64,000 bases of DNA from Andalucia godoyi And28 (GCA_009859145.1 VRVR01000004.1:338934-402933); one strand, 5' to 3'; shown: positions 19,860 to 31,293, counted from the stretch's first letter. Program-made: numbers and translations. Notes: generated from the sequence alone by a model not told the origin.

Positions 19860-21584
19860 TTACTTCATGAGATGGAGGAGAAGTTGCCGCCTTTTCGGAT
19901 TGTCTTCAAACAACGCATGCACCAATCGACAGAGGTCGTTGCTGGGGATATCCGAAAGGCTGCCCGAATCCCAGTGCTCGCGGATTTCTGACATGCTATA
20001 CGATAGTACGTTACAGACATCCTCGAATTCAGCAGCGTGAGGAAGATCGTAAAAGTTGGGGATATTGCAGAGCAACGCAAGCAGCTGTTGAAAATAGTCG
20101 GATTCTTCCGAGCCGATGGTCGTCTTGTTCAAGATATGATCCATGGTTCGGACCAAAACATGATCTCCGAGACGAGCATCTGCTAAATCCGCATGATGAT
20201 CCATGATAAAATTCTGCACGTCCATCTTGGCCTTCTTGAACACCGGAGGATCCAGGATTCGCTGCAACGATGGAAACACTTTTTGGATGAGAAAGTCGTC
20301 GATGCGCGCCAGTGCTTCCTCATGAGCAGCAGACGACTCACTTTCCATACGGTCTTGCAAGTACACAATGAAATCCGCCATGAACCAATGTTGCTTGAGA
20401 AAGTCGAGGATGCTCGACTCCGGAAGCACCCCAGTGGAAACGGCAAACAAAAAGTGCATTCCATCTCGCACAATGACACGCACGTGTTTCTGAATGGACT
20501 CCGGAGAATCCTTGTGCTCTAGAATAAGCGAAGAGAGCACTGCCAGTGCCCCATCCAGATCATGTCCGAGCGAACAAAGCCGCACGCTCTCGAGCAGATC
20601 CTGTCTCTTTGCAAATGCCCATAGCTCCGTGACTGCAGCATCGCAGAGCTGCGTACCTCGAACTGTTAGATGGGCATTCTCAAGATCCTTGAACGACGAT
20701 GGCACAATGCGACACAGCAATCCCCGCTCGCTCTGCAAGTCTACCTCCAGTGAAAGCCGCGTGCACAAGCCCTCCACAGCAACCAGCGCATCCATGGTGT
20801 TGGAAACATCTGCTTCTCTCCGCGTCTTTGCAGAAACAACCTTTAGCTGAACCGAGAAGGCTGTCTTTTCTTTCAACTGCAAGAGTTTTCGATTTGTCAG
20901 ATTCGGCAAAAACAGATCAGAGAGGATCTTTTTCTTCACAATGCACCCGCATTCTCTTCGCAAGTCCATGTTTTGGATTGCATCCTGGAGCGCAATAGGC
21001 GATTCATCGCGGTTCCAAATTTCCGGTGGAAACTGGATTCCATGATCAGTAACGGAAACGTGCATTCCCGCCAGCTTCCGGATTCGTTTCCTCAGCTTTG
21101 CTTGCCGAGCGCTGAACTCGGGTGATGTTTCCGGAGATTCTCCGTTTGCTTGAAGGTCTTTTAGAAGGACGGAGCACTCCCCAACACAGTTTGATTTGAA
21201 GTGACGGTCAAACTCGCGGTACACCTCAATCGTCCTGATGCGCGAGTCCAGTTCGCCACGTCTCGAAATGTACAATGCCTCGCTACTCGTGTACTTTTGT
21301 ACAAGAAGATCACCAATGCACGATCTGGAAGACACGTTTGGCGACGCCCGCAACAACGACGCCAACAGCGACGAGGACGATGCTGCTGATGAAGAGTTTG
21401 CTAACCCAGGGTACTGCAGAGTCGATTGCAATTCATCAGAAAGCATTGCAACCTGCGTGTCGATTCCGCGGAACGCCGCAAGACTGTTTCGTAAGCTCCG
21501 TGACGATTCAATCCACAACGAGCGCTGTTCCTTCTCAAGCCGCGACACCCGCTCGCTCATGCTTTGAATCTTACTCTGCGCCAT
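19860..21584 (-). CDS. ZW10: ZW10/Dsl1-family tethering/kinetochore subunit
   Basis: C-terminus EFEDVCNVLSYSMSEIREHWDSGSL...DLCRLVHALFEDNPKRRQLL matches the ZW10/Dsl1 C-terminal signature. N-terminal coiled coil. Confidence 0.75.
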   Translation of the reverse strand: MAQSKIQSMSERVSRLEKEQRSLWIESSRSLRNSLAAFRGIDTQVAMLSDELQSTLQYPGLANSSSAASSSSLLASLLRASPNVSSRSCIGDLLVQKYTSSEALYISRRGELDSRIRTIEVYREFDRHFKSNCVGECSVLLKDLQANGESPETSPEFSARQAKLRKRIRKLAGMHVSVTDHGIQFPPEIWNRDESPIALQDAIQNMDLRRECGCIVKKKILSDLFLPNLTNRKLLQLKEKTAFSVQLKVVSAKTRREADVSNTMDALVAVEGLCTRLSLEVDLQSERGLLCRIVPSSFKDLENAHLTVRGTQLCDAAVTELWAFAKRQDLLESVRLCSLGHDLDGALAVLSSLILEHKDSPESIQKHVRVIVRDGMHFLFAVSTGVLPESSILDFLKQHWFMADFIVYLQDRMESESSAAHEEALARIDDFLIQKVFPSLQRILDPPVFKKAKMDVQNFIMDHHADLADARLGDHVLVRTMDHILNKTTIGSEESDYFQQLLALLCNIPNFYDLPHAAEFEDVCNVLSYSMSEIREHWDSGSLSDIPSNDLCRLVHALFEDNPKRRQLLLHLMK

Positions 21585-21871
21585 TTTTCTCTCAAACACG
21601 CAGTCACGCAATACTATCAAATCGACCCGACCTTCTCTCTCACTCTCGCACACTCGCACACACACACACACACGCAGAGGCCCACACGATCGAATCTTCA
21701 TCCGTACTGTAGTTCAGAGTGTAGTCATCCAAAGTGTGGGCCGGCTGACAAATGTCGACGACGGTCCACCTTTGCCAGAACACAACGACGAAAGAACAAG
21801 AAGGAAACGCAGGAAAAGGAGGAGGAACGAAGAGTCTGAACATCATAAGCAAAGAGGCATGTTGTGATCAA

Positions 21872-22810
21872 ATGGCAGATGATCTGGATACGTACAAGGC
21901 GCAACTTGCAGAAGTGGATCAGCTCTTGGCGCTGGCGCCAGACGACGCGGATGCAATCGAGCTGAAACAGACGCTTCTGCATCTGATGGCTTCCGTACAG
22001 CCGCCGACGTCATCGCAGTCGTCGGAATCAACGGCAGCAAAGGTGCCTGTCAATGCCGTGGTGGCGGTGGAGGGCGAGAAGAAACCCCGACCGGTGTATC
22101 AGATCGGCCAACATGCAATTGCAAAGTACAAGGTGGACGGGCGTCACTATACATGTCTCATTACGGGTATGTTTTTCTTTCTTTTTTATATTATTTTCAT
22201 TATTTTCTTCTTTTGTGTGAGTGTGTGTGTGAGTGTGTGTGGGTGTGTTGGGCTACTTAAATTGCAAGTCCAAGTTTTATGAACTGCGTTTTTGTCGTTA
22301 ATATTGCTGTTGTTGATAGATATTGATGAGCGGCAGCAAATGGCTACAGTTCGGTTTGTGGGGTATCCAAGCTCCTTATCTGACCGTGTTCATTTTAGAG
22401 AAATGCGGCCGTTTCGCGGTGCAGATATGACCTTGTTGCGAGCTGGAGGTCGATGTGAAGCAGTGGATCCGCAGAGCGGGAGCTGGGTAGCCGGCGTGCT
22501 CGATACGATTTCCAAGAGTACTCCGCCGACGTACTGGGTGGTGTTGCAGAATTCGAAACGCGGGACGGCAATCGAGGTCCCAGCGAGTGCTATCCGGCCG
22601 TCGTTGGAGGATGTAGAAGCCAAACGAGCGCTCATGAAAGCCGGAAGAAAACGAACAATCCAGGAAGCGCAAGCAAAAGAAGACGAAGCCAGCTTCAGTT
22701 CGTGGAGGCAGTTTGCCGCCAAGAACGTCCCCTCTTCTTTTTCTTCTTCTTCTTCTTCTTCTTCTTCTTCTTCTTTAAAGTTTGGCGCGTTCAACTCCAA
22801 GCCAAGATAA
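21872..22810 (+). CDS. SMNDC1: Splicing factor SPF30/SMNDC1-like Tudor protein, 2 exons (21872-22166, 22320-22810)
   Basis: DLDTYKAQLAEVDQLLALAPDD N-terminus, a Tudor domain (AKYKVDGRHY...VRFVGY), and a C-terminal ...SSWRQF. Phase-1 intron 22167-22319 (GTATGT...TAG). Confidence 0.85.
22735..22772. repeat. (TCT)n microsatellite encoding poly-Ser
   Basis: Directly visible. Confidence 0.9.
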
Positions 22811-22929
22811 CCGTCACCAATCATCCTCTCCGTTAAAATTCCATCTATGATTTTTGATTGTCTCCTGTCGCCCGCTGTAATTACTTCTCATTCACAAATT
22901 GAAAAGGCAATCCTCGCCGGTCGTAGGTC

Positions 22930-23560
22930 AGTTTCAGTCCCATTTTCTCTCTTTCTCTTTTTCTCTCTCCGCCCCTCTCTCTCTCGGAAGTATCTCGGTC
23001 CCCTTTGGACAACAGCTCCGAATTGGCCACTTTCGAGAAACACGCCTTCCCATCCCAAAAGCCCGGTGGATGAGGGGCGGTTTCTCTCGAGTCTCGGAGC
23101 TCTCCCCCGTCCATCGACCTTTTTCCCCCGCTCCTGTCTCTCTCCCCCCCTTTCAAGTAACCCTCATCTCGCCTTCTCCTTTCTTTCCCTAACCCCCGAC
23201 TTCGGACCATCGCCCCCCCCCCCCCCCCCCTTCTTTGCATCTTTTACCCTTACACTCCCAACCCCGTGTCCTTCCACGCGCCCCTTTCCTCCCTCTTCCC
23301 CCCGTCTAGTCCGTTACAGTTTGGAAACATTTTCCTCATTCATGCCACTACTCTCTATCCACCCGTTTTGGTTACCATTGTAATACCTTTTTTTTTTTTT
23401 GGCTTTTCTGTATTCGTCTTTCTCTTCATTCGTCCTTTTCATCATCCTTCATCAACCTGTCTTTCTCTTATTTTTTATTTTGCTTTTATTTTATTTTTTT
23501 ATATAACAATTTTTTTTTAATCCTCTTCTTTTTTTTCTTTTTTTTCTTTTTTCTTTCTTG
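22930..23560. repeat. Polypyrimidine low-complexity tract with a C18 run (23213-23230), upstream of the H3 gene
   Basis: Strong C/T strand bias is visible over about 600 nt. Confidence 0.85.
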
Positions 23561-23638
23561 ATTTAGATTCTTGCATCTTTTGTATATTTTTCCTGCGACT
23601 GCACAAGTAGCAACGACAGCAAGAAGAAAGAAAGAAAA

Positions 23639-24094
23639 ATGGCACGCACCAAGCAAACTGCACGCAAGTCGATGGGAGCTAAGGCGCCCCGCAAGCACCT
23701 TCTTGCGTCAAAGGCTGCACGCAAGTCGGCACCTTCGTCGGCTGGAGGAGTGAAGAAAGCACATCGCTTCCGTCCTGGAACTGTCGCGCTTCGAGAGATC
23801 CGCAAGTTCCAAAAGTCCACTGAGCTGTTGATTCGCAAAGCTCCGTTCCAGCGCCTGGTCCGTGAGATTGCCCAGCAGGCAGGATCGGGATCGTTTGGCG
23901 GCTCCGGTTCAGACATCCGATTCCAGTCTGTTGCGCTGTCTGCTCTTCAGGAAGCGGCGGAAGCATATCTTGTGGGACTCTTTGAAGATACCAACTTGTG
24001 CGCTATCCACGCGCACAGAGTCACCGTCATGCCAAAGGACATGCAGCTCGCTCGCCGTATCCGTGGCGAACGCGCAACTGCAACATCCGCCTAA
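23639..24094 (+). CDS. Histone H3 variant
   Basis: Clear H3 tail and fold ([49 protein letters not shown]) with an 8-aa loop-1 insertion and a 5-aa C-terminal extension. Confidence 0.95.
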   Translation: MARTKQTARKSMGAKAPRKHLLASKAARKSAPSSAGGVKKAHRFRPGTVALREIRKFQKSTELLIRKAPFQRLVREIAQQAGSGSFGGSGSDIRFQSVALSALQEAAEAYLVGLFEDTNLCAIHAHRVTVMPKDMQLARRIRGERATATSA

Positions 24095-24270
24095 CCGAAG
24101 CGGCTGTCAGAAGAAGAAAGAAAGGAAAAAGAAAAGAAAAAAGAACTTGATTATAACCACCCCATAAAATCCCTTCACGCAATCATTTTATTATTCGCCG
24201 TGTCTTTTCGTTTCTTTTTACGAGTTGTGTTCTGCATTCAGTTTTTTTAACTCGTTGGAAAGGAGCAGAA

Positions 24271-26298
24271 TCACGAAGACGGCTGGTCGGTCACAACAAT
24301 CGAATCGGCATTGGAGCTGGATTCTTCCGCTGCGTTCTTTCTCCTGGGCCTTCTTTCTCCATTCGAGTTGTAGTTTCCGTTGTTGGCGCTGTTCGGTCCG
24401 TCAAAGTGGCGAGTGTATCTCCGCGGAGGACGCTCTCCGTTCTGCGGATTGCTTGCACCGTCGGAAACACCCTCTGCCTTCTCTGCCGCAAGATTTCGCT
24501 CGGCTCGCTTGGTGACCCGAGCGACGAGCTCCTTAATAGATGCGGCGTCCAATCCTTTCTCCTCCACTCGCTTCACGATTTCCTCAGTGGGTTTTTGCAG
24601 AATCGCAAGCTTGTTGGCCCAAATGCGGTAGATTGCCATGGGCCCCGCACCTCGTCCACCGGCCTGCAAATCGACATCCTCGAGCCTCTTGACCAGCTTC
24701 TCAAGTTCCTCCAGTCTTCCGGTACGGGCATAGCCGGAAGCAAGCAAGATCTGGATCTCTTCGTCCGACTCGGTATTCAAACCGCGCTCTTTCATCAAAC
24801 GGACAACAGCCTCTGCGGATTGCAGCCGTCTGCAAGAGATGGAAACTCGCAGCAAGCTGCGGAACGTCTCAATCGACGGATGGGTTTGCAGCGACTTTCC
24901 ATACGCGTCAAAGGTGGCGAACGCGCGATCCAAATCATTCAACGGAACACAGGCACCGATAAGTGCGTCCAAACATGCGGAAACATGTGCTTGAGACGGC
25001 AGCACATCCCGGCGGACAGCATCTTCAAGTGCATAGTACGCACGATCCAAGTCTTCGACGGATCGCGCAGCAGAGAAGCGCACTCCCGCGAGCGCATTCG
25101 CATCCAGCGTCGGTGCAATAAGTGACTCGCCAAGTTTGACTGTCTGGGCACCCGTTTCAAACTTGTTGACAGTTTCCCATGCTTCAGCCCATCTACCGCA
25201 CGCAGCCTGTGCAGAAGAGACGGCCTCCATGAGTGCTTGGTTCTTGGTGACATCGTACACGTTGGCAAATTGCTCAGTTTGCAACATGGATACAACCTCG
25301 TCAAGCAACGCACCAGAGCGACGGGCAAATGCACAGTCCAGAAGCGCGATCACGAGTCCAATGTCCAGACGCAGCTGCGAATACTTTTCGCGAATCTTCT
25401 TGAGCAACGTGACCGACGGCTCGGCGAGCCGTGCGGGGGCCAGAAGTGCGATTGCAGATGCATACACGGCAACATCGAGTTCAATACCTTGCTTCACAGC
25501 TGCATCTAGCAAAAGAGCGACGGAACGCGGCTTGCGATCTGCTACAGCATTGCGAATCAGCGATGGATACACATTTGCGTTGGGAGTGACTCCGGCAGTA
25601 ATCATTTCTTCCGCGATGGCAACTGCACGTCCGTACACTGACGCCTTTCCAGCAACGGCCATCAGATAGGAGAACGTGTATGCATCAGGGACAAGTCCCT
25701 TTGCTTTGATCGAGCGGAACACAGCCTCCGCCTTTCCAAGTTCGCCTCTCATGATACATGCGCGAATCGCTGCATTGTACGTATAAATGGTAGGCTTCAT
25801 GTCCTTTTCTTCCGCAGTCTGCAGCAGCTGAGCAGCCTTTGACGACTCTCCCTTGCGGGCATGCGCACTCATTGCGTGGTTGATCGCAACAATGTTCGGC
25901 GTCACTCCAGCAACCATCAGCTCGTCAAACACTGCAAGAACTCCATCCATGTCCTGCTCCGACGCAGCCTTCGTCATCCGCATGTTGTATGGATGGCAAG
26001 GCGAATGGCGTCGCGCTGCATTCGTTTCGCGCTTCATCGACTCTGCGAGCTCATCATAGGCACTTGACGAATAGCTGTCATTCTTGAACGACGGTTTCGG
26101 TGCTGGAACGGGAGTTTGCGCTGCACCGGGCTCTCCTGCAGCACCGTCCATTGAAGCAGTCTCAGCGGTTGCCACAGACTCTGCAGTTGACATTGCTCGA
26201 GCAAAAACTGAGCGTGACGACGCCGATGAAGATGACAACGATAACGACGAAATCCGGGTGGCCTGGACAAGTCGGCTCAGCTGGCGAAATCCTTGCAT
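24271..26298 (-). CDS. Pentatricopeptide-repeat protein with a mitochondrial targeting presequence
   Basis: Arg/Ser-rich acid-free N-terminus (MQGFRQLSRLVQATRISSL...) and tandem 35-aa PPR motifs (TPNIVAINHAM..., KPTIYTYNAAI..., VPDAYTFSYLM...). Confidence 0.9.
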   Translation of the reverse strand: MQGFRQLSRLVQATRISSLSLSSSSASSRSVFARAMSTAESVATAETASMDGAAGEPGAAQTPVPAPKPSFKNDSYSSSAYDELAESMKRETNAARRHSPCHPYNMRMTKAASEQDMDGVLAVFDELMVAGVTPNIVAINHAMSAHARKGESSKAAQLLQTAEEKDMKPTIYTYNAAIRACIMRGELGKAEAVFRSIKAKGLVPDAYTFSYLMAVAGKASVYGRAVAIAEEMITAGVTPNANVYPSLIRNAVADRKPRSVALLLDAAVKQGIELDVAVYASAIALLAPARLAEPSVTLLKKIREKYSQLRLDIGLVIALLDCAFARRSGALLDEVVSMLQTEQFANVYDVTKNQALMEAVSSAQAACGRWAEAWETVNKFETGAQTVKLGESLIAPTLDANALAGVRFSAARSVEDLDRAYYALEDAVRRDVLPSQAHVSACLDALIGACVPLNDLDRAFATFDAYGKSLQTHPSIETFRSLLRVSISCRRLQSAEAVVRLMKERGLNTESDEEIQILLASGYARTGRLEELEKLVKRLEDVDLQAGGRGAGPMAIYRIWANKLAILQKPTEEIVKRVEEKGLDAASIKELVARVTKRAERNLAAEKAEGVSDGASNPQNGERPPRRYTRHFDGPNSANNGNYNSNGERRPRRKNAAEESSSNADSIVVTDQPSS

Positions 26299-27006
26299 TG
26301 TCACCACACACAAAAACAAAAACAAAAACAAAAACAAAAACAAATTGGAAGGAATACTAAAAAGAAAAGGATGACGAAGACGCTACGATTTACAATTGGA
26401 TCGCCCACCAAATTCAGACTGGGAAGAATTTGGAAAAACAAAACAAAAGAAGAAGAAGAAATTAGAAAAACATGTAGAAAAAGAAAAAGAAAAGGTTCAG
26501 AAAGTCTGAGAATCGAAATTGATCCTTTATGAAAATAATATATATACGCTTGTTTTTGTCTGAGTGCGAAAAGCGAAAGGCTTTGAAGAAAAAACAATCA
26601 GAGAGAGCTTTTCGTCTTTCCCTTCAGGTTTCAGCACGTTACAACCGCGATGATTGTGTTTTTTCTTTTCCCTTTTTGGTTGTTGAAGCGAACGTTGGAT
26701 TTGCCCTCGATGGTCGATGGTCATGGAATCAAATGAAAAAAATGAGAATGGGAATGAATAGCCTAGAGAATGAGTATGGTTTCGAAAGGGCAAGATTAAA
26801 TACTAACAGGAAAAAAAGAAAAGAATAATAATAATAAAAATAGAGAATGGGATATATAAGGCGTGACCTTCATTGAGCAAGTCACAAAGACACACGAACA
26901 TCGACAAATACACGTGCCTTTGCTATTCTTCCGCATTTGTTTTTTTCTTGTTTTTCTTCCCAAATCACAACACGAACTACACATCTTCCATATTGTCTCT
27001 TAACAA

Positions 27007-29673
27007 TTAAGCAAGAATCTTGGTAAGCAGAGCGGTAAGACCTTCCTGGATACCGCCGGAGCCTGTTCGAATTGCAATCGAGATGGAGTTGGTGCCAAAC
27101 ATGTCTGCGGTCTCGGGGACTGAAACCTCCAAAAGAACGGCATCTCCAGAAGACTTGATACGGGCGGCACAGAAAAGAACGGCCTTTCCATCGACCTTCT
27201 TTTCTGCAATCGTATAGATCGAGCGAGAAGTCAGCGTCTTCTTGGCGGTCGCAGGGTCCATTGAAGAATTAACTGCCATTCGTCGCTCCAAACTGTCATC
27301 AATTGACTGCCAAGTTGCAAGGAATTCGGGGCGCTCCATCGGACCATCGTTCGAGAACAGCATATTTGCATCAAACGCTGCCTGGAAATACACCACACCA
27401 ACAGAGCACTTGACTGCCATTTGCAGATGGGGGTTGAACGGACCAGAATTCTGTCCGAGAGCCATGGCCAGCGTTGCCTCGCCAGACGCACCAGGGGCGA
27501 GATCCGGCATGCGCAGCGGCTGTGCAGGAACGATGCCATACGAGTTCTTGTTAAACTGGATGGCAAACTGGCCGATCGGAGCCGGCGAAGTGTTCTTGAA
27601 CGTCAGCGAAATCAAACCACCCGGGAGGAAGGCTCCATAGACCTCAAGACCCTTGCCGCGGTCCGCAGGGAGCCATAAGCTCTTTTGGGCGGTGCTCGAA
27701 GACGGGGCTGCTGCTTGTTGCCTTGGGGCTGCCGCAGGAGCCGGGGTTCCGAATCCAAGCAAGTCGTCCATACCACCACCACCAGATGGTGCAGACGCTT
27801 GAGGAGTGTTGCTGTCGTCGTCGTTTCCGGTCGAGATGATTTCGTTGCCGTCGTCCTCGTCCTCGTCCTCGCGATCCTGTGCAATTCCTCTGAAGTCCGG
27901 AACAAAGGTCTCGGGCGGCTTGTGGTAGACGGACGCAAGGGTTCCAAGGTCCTTGACGAGTCTGTTGAGCAGATCTGGATCAAGTCGAGACACAGAATCG
28001 GAAATCTGAGGCTTGGATGAAAGGACAATGTCGCGAGCTGCATCTGGGTCATTGGAGAGCATGCGCCAGTAGATGAAACCACGATCACGCAGATCCGGGT
28101 TGTCCGTCTCCTCTGTGGCAAGCTGGAGGACACGTTGGACCAGTTCTTGTGTATCATCCGGGCGGTGCAGGAACAGCTTGACAACGGCCGTAAGCAAAGC
28201 AAGCTGCACATTGGCTGGCTCGTCGGAGAATCCATCCACGAACGACTCCAAGAGCTCGCCTGCATTCTCGATACGAGGAGAGTACTCGCCGATGATCCAG
28301 ATCATGGCGGCCTTGGCCTCCGGCTCGTCCAAAGTGTCGAGATTCTCGCACAAAGTGGCGATGACGGACTCGTATTTCTCGGGGTACTTGCGGAAAATAT
28401 CCTTGATGACAACGATGGCTTCCTGAACGACGTAGTTGACCTTGGTTTTGATAAGCTCGAGCAGCGCTTCAACGCACTTCGGGGCAGCACGCTCAAGTTG
28501 AATAGCGCATCGACCAATCGAACGGACGGCACGGCGGACAAATTCAACATCGACCTCCGTGGCATACTCTTTGAATTCAGCCAGGACAGAGTCAATGTTG
28601 CGCTCCGACGCAAGCTTGACCATAATCTCAAGCTTCTCCATCTTGACGTAAATCGGATCGTTGTACTTTGCAAAGAAAACCTTGACATCCGACTGAAGAA
28701 CTCCGGGGCGCTTCTGAATGATAAGGTCGATGTTGCGGAGTGCAACGTACTGCACCTCTGGCTCGCCGTTAAGCATGGTGATCAGCGGCGGACCCATCTT
28801 CTTGCAGTAAAGCTTGACCTGATCGTCGTCTTCGTCCAAGTGGTCCAGCATAGAGAGAATGGTCTTGACGGCTCCGATAACTACTGCAGGGTTTGCATGA
28901 TTCAGTCGCGGCGCGACACGCTCGCAAATATCCTGTGCATCACGAGTATCGAGAGGCTTGTAGTTCACCAGAGCATCCAAAACAGAGATTTGTCCCCATT
29001 CTGAGCATTCATTCATTGCAGCGAGCATCTTCTGGACCGTCTTGCGGTTCAGCTCAAGCGCTCCAACCTCCATCAGGGAGGTCACGGCATTTGCAACCAC
29101 GGCGGGATTCGCATCTGAAATGAGCTCCTGGAGCATATCGACGAAGCCCTGGGTGCGCACCAGATCCGGCGCAATCTCAAACAGCTTGGCAATGGAAATT
29201 GCTGCTGTCTTGCGGACGTATGGGTCCGGATCCTTCACGGCTCTACGAAGAGGGTCCGCAAGGTACTCCTGGATGTTCTCAACACGAACACAGCCCATGG
29301 TACGGACAGCTAGCGCACGAACCAGCGGGTTGGGATCTTGTGCATCCTGGTTGAAGGTGTTGACGGCCATCATGGCCAGCTCAGGTTTGGTCTTGGCGTA
29401 GTTCATAATGTAGAGATAGATCAGCTTCTTGAGTTCGATGTTGTTGGTATGGACACACTTGACCATATCCGAAAACAAGGCAGATACATCCTTTCCAACA
29501 GTCATTGCTGCAACGACTTTCTTCACAGTTTCCTTCTGGATGGTCTTCTCAGGATTGAGAAGACCGTCCTTCCATTCTGCAAGCTCGCCCTTCTTGTTCG
29601 AACCGAAATACTGGTCTCCAGAACCAGCGGCGGCAGCACCCGCTGGGGTGGAGGTTTTAGGCCTTGACGCCAT
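27007..29673 (-). CDS. AP1B1: AP-1/AP-2 complex beta subunit (beta-adaptin)
   Basis: KKVVAAMTVGKDVSALF, DPNPLVRALAVRTMGC, EYATEVDVEFVRRAVRSIGRCA, NPDLRDRGFIYWR, a hinge with a DDLLGF clathrin box, and an appendage domain. Intronless. Confidence 0.97.
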   Translation of the reverse strand: MASRPKTSTPAGAAAAGSGDQYFGSNKKGELAEWKDGLLNPEKTIQKETVKKVVAAMTVGKDVSALFSDMVKCVHTNNIELKKLIYLYIMNYAKTKPELAMMAVNTFNQDAQDPNPLVRALAVRTMGCVRVENIQEYLADPLRRAVKDPDPYVRKTAAISIAKLFEIAPDLVRTQGFVDMLQELISDANPAVVANAVTSLMEVGALELNRKTVQKMLAAMNECSEWGQISVLDALVNYKPLDTRDAQDICERVAPRLNHANPAVVIGAVKTILSMLDHLDEDDDQVKLYCKKMGPPLITMLNGEPEVQYVALRNIDLIIQKRPGVLQSDVKVFFAKYNDPIYVKMEKLEIMVKLASERNIDSVLAEFKEYATEVDVEFVRRAVRSIGRCAIQLERAAPKCVEALLELIKTKVNYVVQEAIVVIKDIFRKYPEKYESVIATLCENLDTLDEPEAKAAMIWIIGEYSPRIENAGELLESFVDGFSDEPANVQLALLTAVVKLFLHRPDDTQELVQRVLQLATEETDNPDLRDRGFIYWRMLSNDPDAARDIVLSSKPQISDSVSRLDPDLLNRLVKDLGTLASVYHKPPETFVPDFRGIAQDREDEDEDDGNEIISTGNDDDSNTPQASAPSGGGGMDDLLGFGTPAPAAAPRQQAAAPSSSTAQKSLWLPADRGKGLEVYGAFLPGGLISLTFKNTSPAPIGQFAIQFNKNSYGIVPAQPLRMPDLAPGASGEATLAMALGQNSGPFNPHLQMAVKCSVGVVYFQAAFDANMLFSNDGPMERPEFLATWQSIDDSLERRMAVNSSMDPATAKKTLTSRSIYTIAEKKVDGKAVLFCAARIKSSGDAVLLEVSVPETADMFGTNSISIAIRTGSGGIQEGLTALLTKILA

Positions 29674-30298
29674 TTCAATTCAGATCAACAATATAATTAA
29701 AAAAATGCAATAGAAAAAAAGAAACGGGGGAGAAGGAAGAAAAAAAAAAGAAAGAAGAGAAGGAAATAAAAGAAAAGAATAAACCACAAATGCAAAATGA
29801 AGAGAGAAAAGAAAGGGAAAACCTCGTTGTTGTGCAGAAGAAGAAGGGGATCGACTTTGTTGAAGGGACTTCGCCACGCTGAGACGTGAAGTTCTCGAGA
29901 GACCGAAGGTGAGTGAGAAGAGAGAAAAAATGTAATTTTTTCTTTCCTATTGGGATTCCCCCCGTTTATGTCATTGGGTCAGCGTCAGTCTGTCAGCAGC
30001 GACTCCTGTGACAGAATCGTCCGAGATTGTCAGACAGTGTCATTCCATATGGGGGTCTGTTTTTCCCAGCAGACTCGAATTGTTCTGGAAGCTTGTCGTG
30101 GTTTCCGTATGTTGCGTGTGTGTGTGCGTGTGCCGCAGGGTTGTGCATCGAGCAGCAGCAATTGCGAATAGAATGCCGCTGCGTTCCTTACAATTCTTCT
30201 CTGGCTCCGTTACGAATTCCTGAAAAGAGGGGAGAGAAAACGAAGAAGAAGAAGAAGAAGAAGAGAGAAGAAAGGGAAAGGGAAAACGAGAAAAAAAA

Positions 30299-31090
30299 AT
30301 GAAGTTGATTCACTTCCGTCTTGGCGCTCCTGTGATTGCTGCCTGTATCTTCGTGGTGTTTGCCTCGTTTTCCAACGCGCAGCTGCATCGGGCGAGTCCA
30401 GTCGGGGATGATCCTTCCTGGAACTTTCTGATTCTTGTGCTTCGATGGCCGATGAGCGTTTGCAAAGCGCCGCGGTCTTCACGCGCTGAATTGAGTGTCT
30501 CGGATACGGCTGATGGCGGCGATTCATGCTCGATTCCGCAGTGTGTTCAAGACTTCACGATCCACGGACTGTGGCCGAATTTCAAGGATACGGAGGGCCC
30601 GACGTTTTGCACCAAAGTTACGTATGACCCATCTGCGATCAACCCCTTGCGATCGGAGTTGCAGTGCGTGTGGACAGACTATTATGACGCCACAGGTGAC
30701 GAGTTTTGGAGTCATGAGTTTGTTAAGCATGGGTCGTGCGCATTGCAGGAGTCTTCTCAGTTTGCCTCGCAGTTGCAGTACTTTGAAAAGACTGTGGATC
30801 TTGCTCACAAGGCCGGGGTTTTAACGATGCTGCAGAAAGCCGGTGTCGTTCCCTCATCAACCAAGTTGTACGCAATCTCTGATTTCCAAAAGGCGGTTCC
30901 AGGAGCAGTTCCTACATGTCTCCGAACCTCCACGCACGCGAACGACGCTGTCTATTTGACCGACATTCGGTTTTGCGTGGATATGACGTTGGGTTTTGTT
31001 CCCTGCGAGGAAGACTTCTACAATGCAGCGATCAAGACGGGCGGCTGCCCTGCGGACGCTCTCATTTCTTTTCCTCCTATACAAGTCTAA
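30299..31090 (+). CDS. RNASET2: Ribonuclease T2, secreted/lysosomal
   Basis: Signal peptide, CAS I (FTIHGLWP) and CAS II (FWSHEFVKHGSC). Confidence 0.95.
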   Translation: MKLIHFRLGAPVIAACIFVVFASFSNAQLHRASPVGDDPSWNFLILVLRWPMSVCKAPRSSRAELSVSDTADGGDSCSIPQCVQDFTIHGLWPNFKDTEGPTFCTKVTYDPSAINPLRSELQCVWTDYYDATGDEFWSHEFVKHGSCALQESSQFASQLQYFEKTVDLAHKAGVLTMLQKAGVVPSSTKLYAISDFQKAVPGAVPTCLRTSTHANDAVYLTDIRFCVDMTLGFVPCEEDFYNAAIKTGGCPADALISFPPIQV

Positions 31091-31293
31091 AAATCAGCGA
31101 TGGTCGCCGACGTCGTAGGCGGTGGAGAATGGAAAGAATGATCCAGGACTTTAGTATTGAACATGCCAGCTTCGCGGTTTTTTGTTGTTTTTTGTTTTGT
31201 TTTGGTGTTTTTTCTTCTTTTTTTTGACTGTGTTCCCTGTCTGGGGCAGTAAAGCACGGTGTTTACATCAATAGCATTTTCTGTAAGATCCTT

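Noticed and set aside
24406-25125. 239-aa minus-strand ORF inside the PPR gene
   Set aside because: Alternate frame of a well-supported CDS with no recognisable domain.
28135-29004. 289-aa plus-strand ORF
   Set aside because: Antisense to the highly conserved beta-adaptin; a codon-bias shadow.
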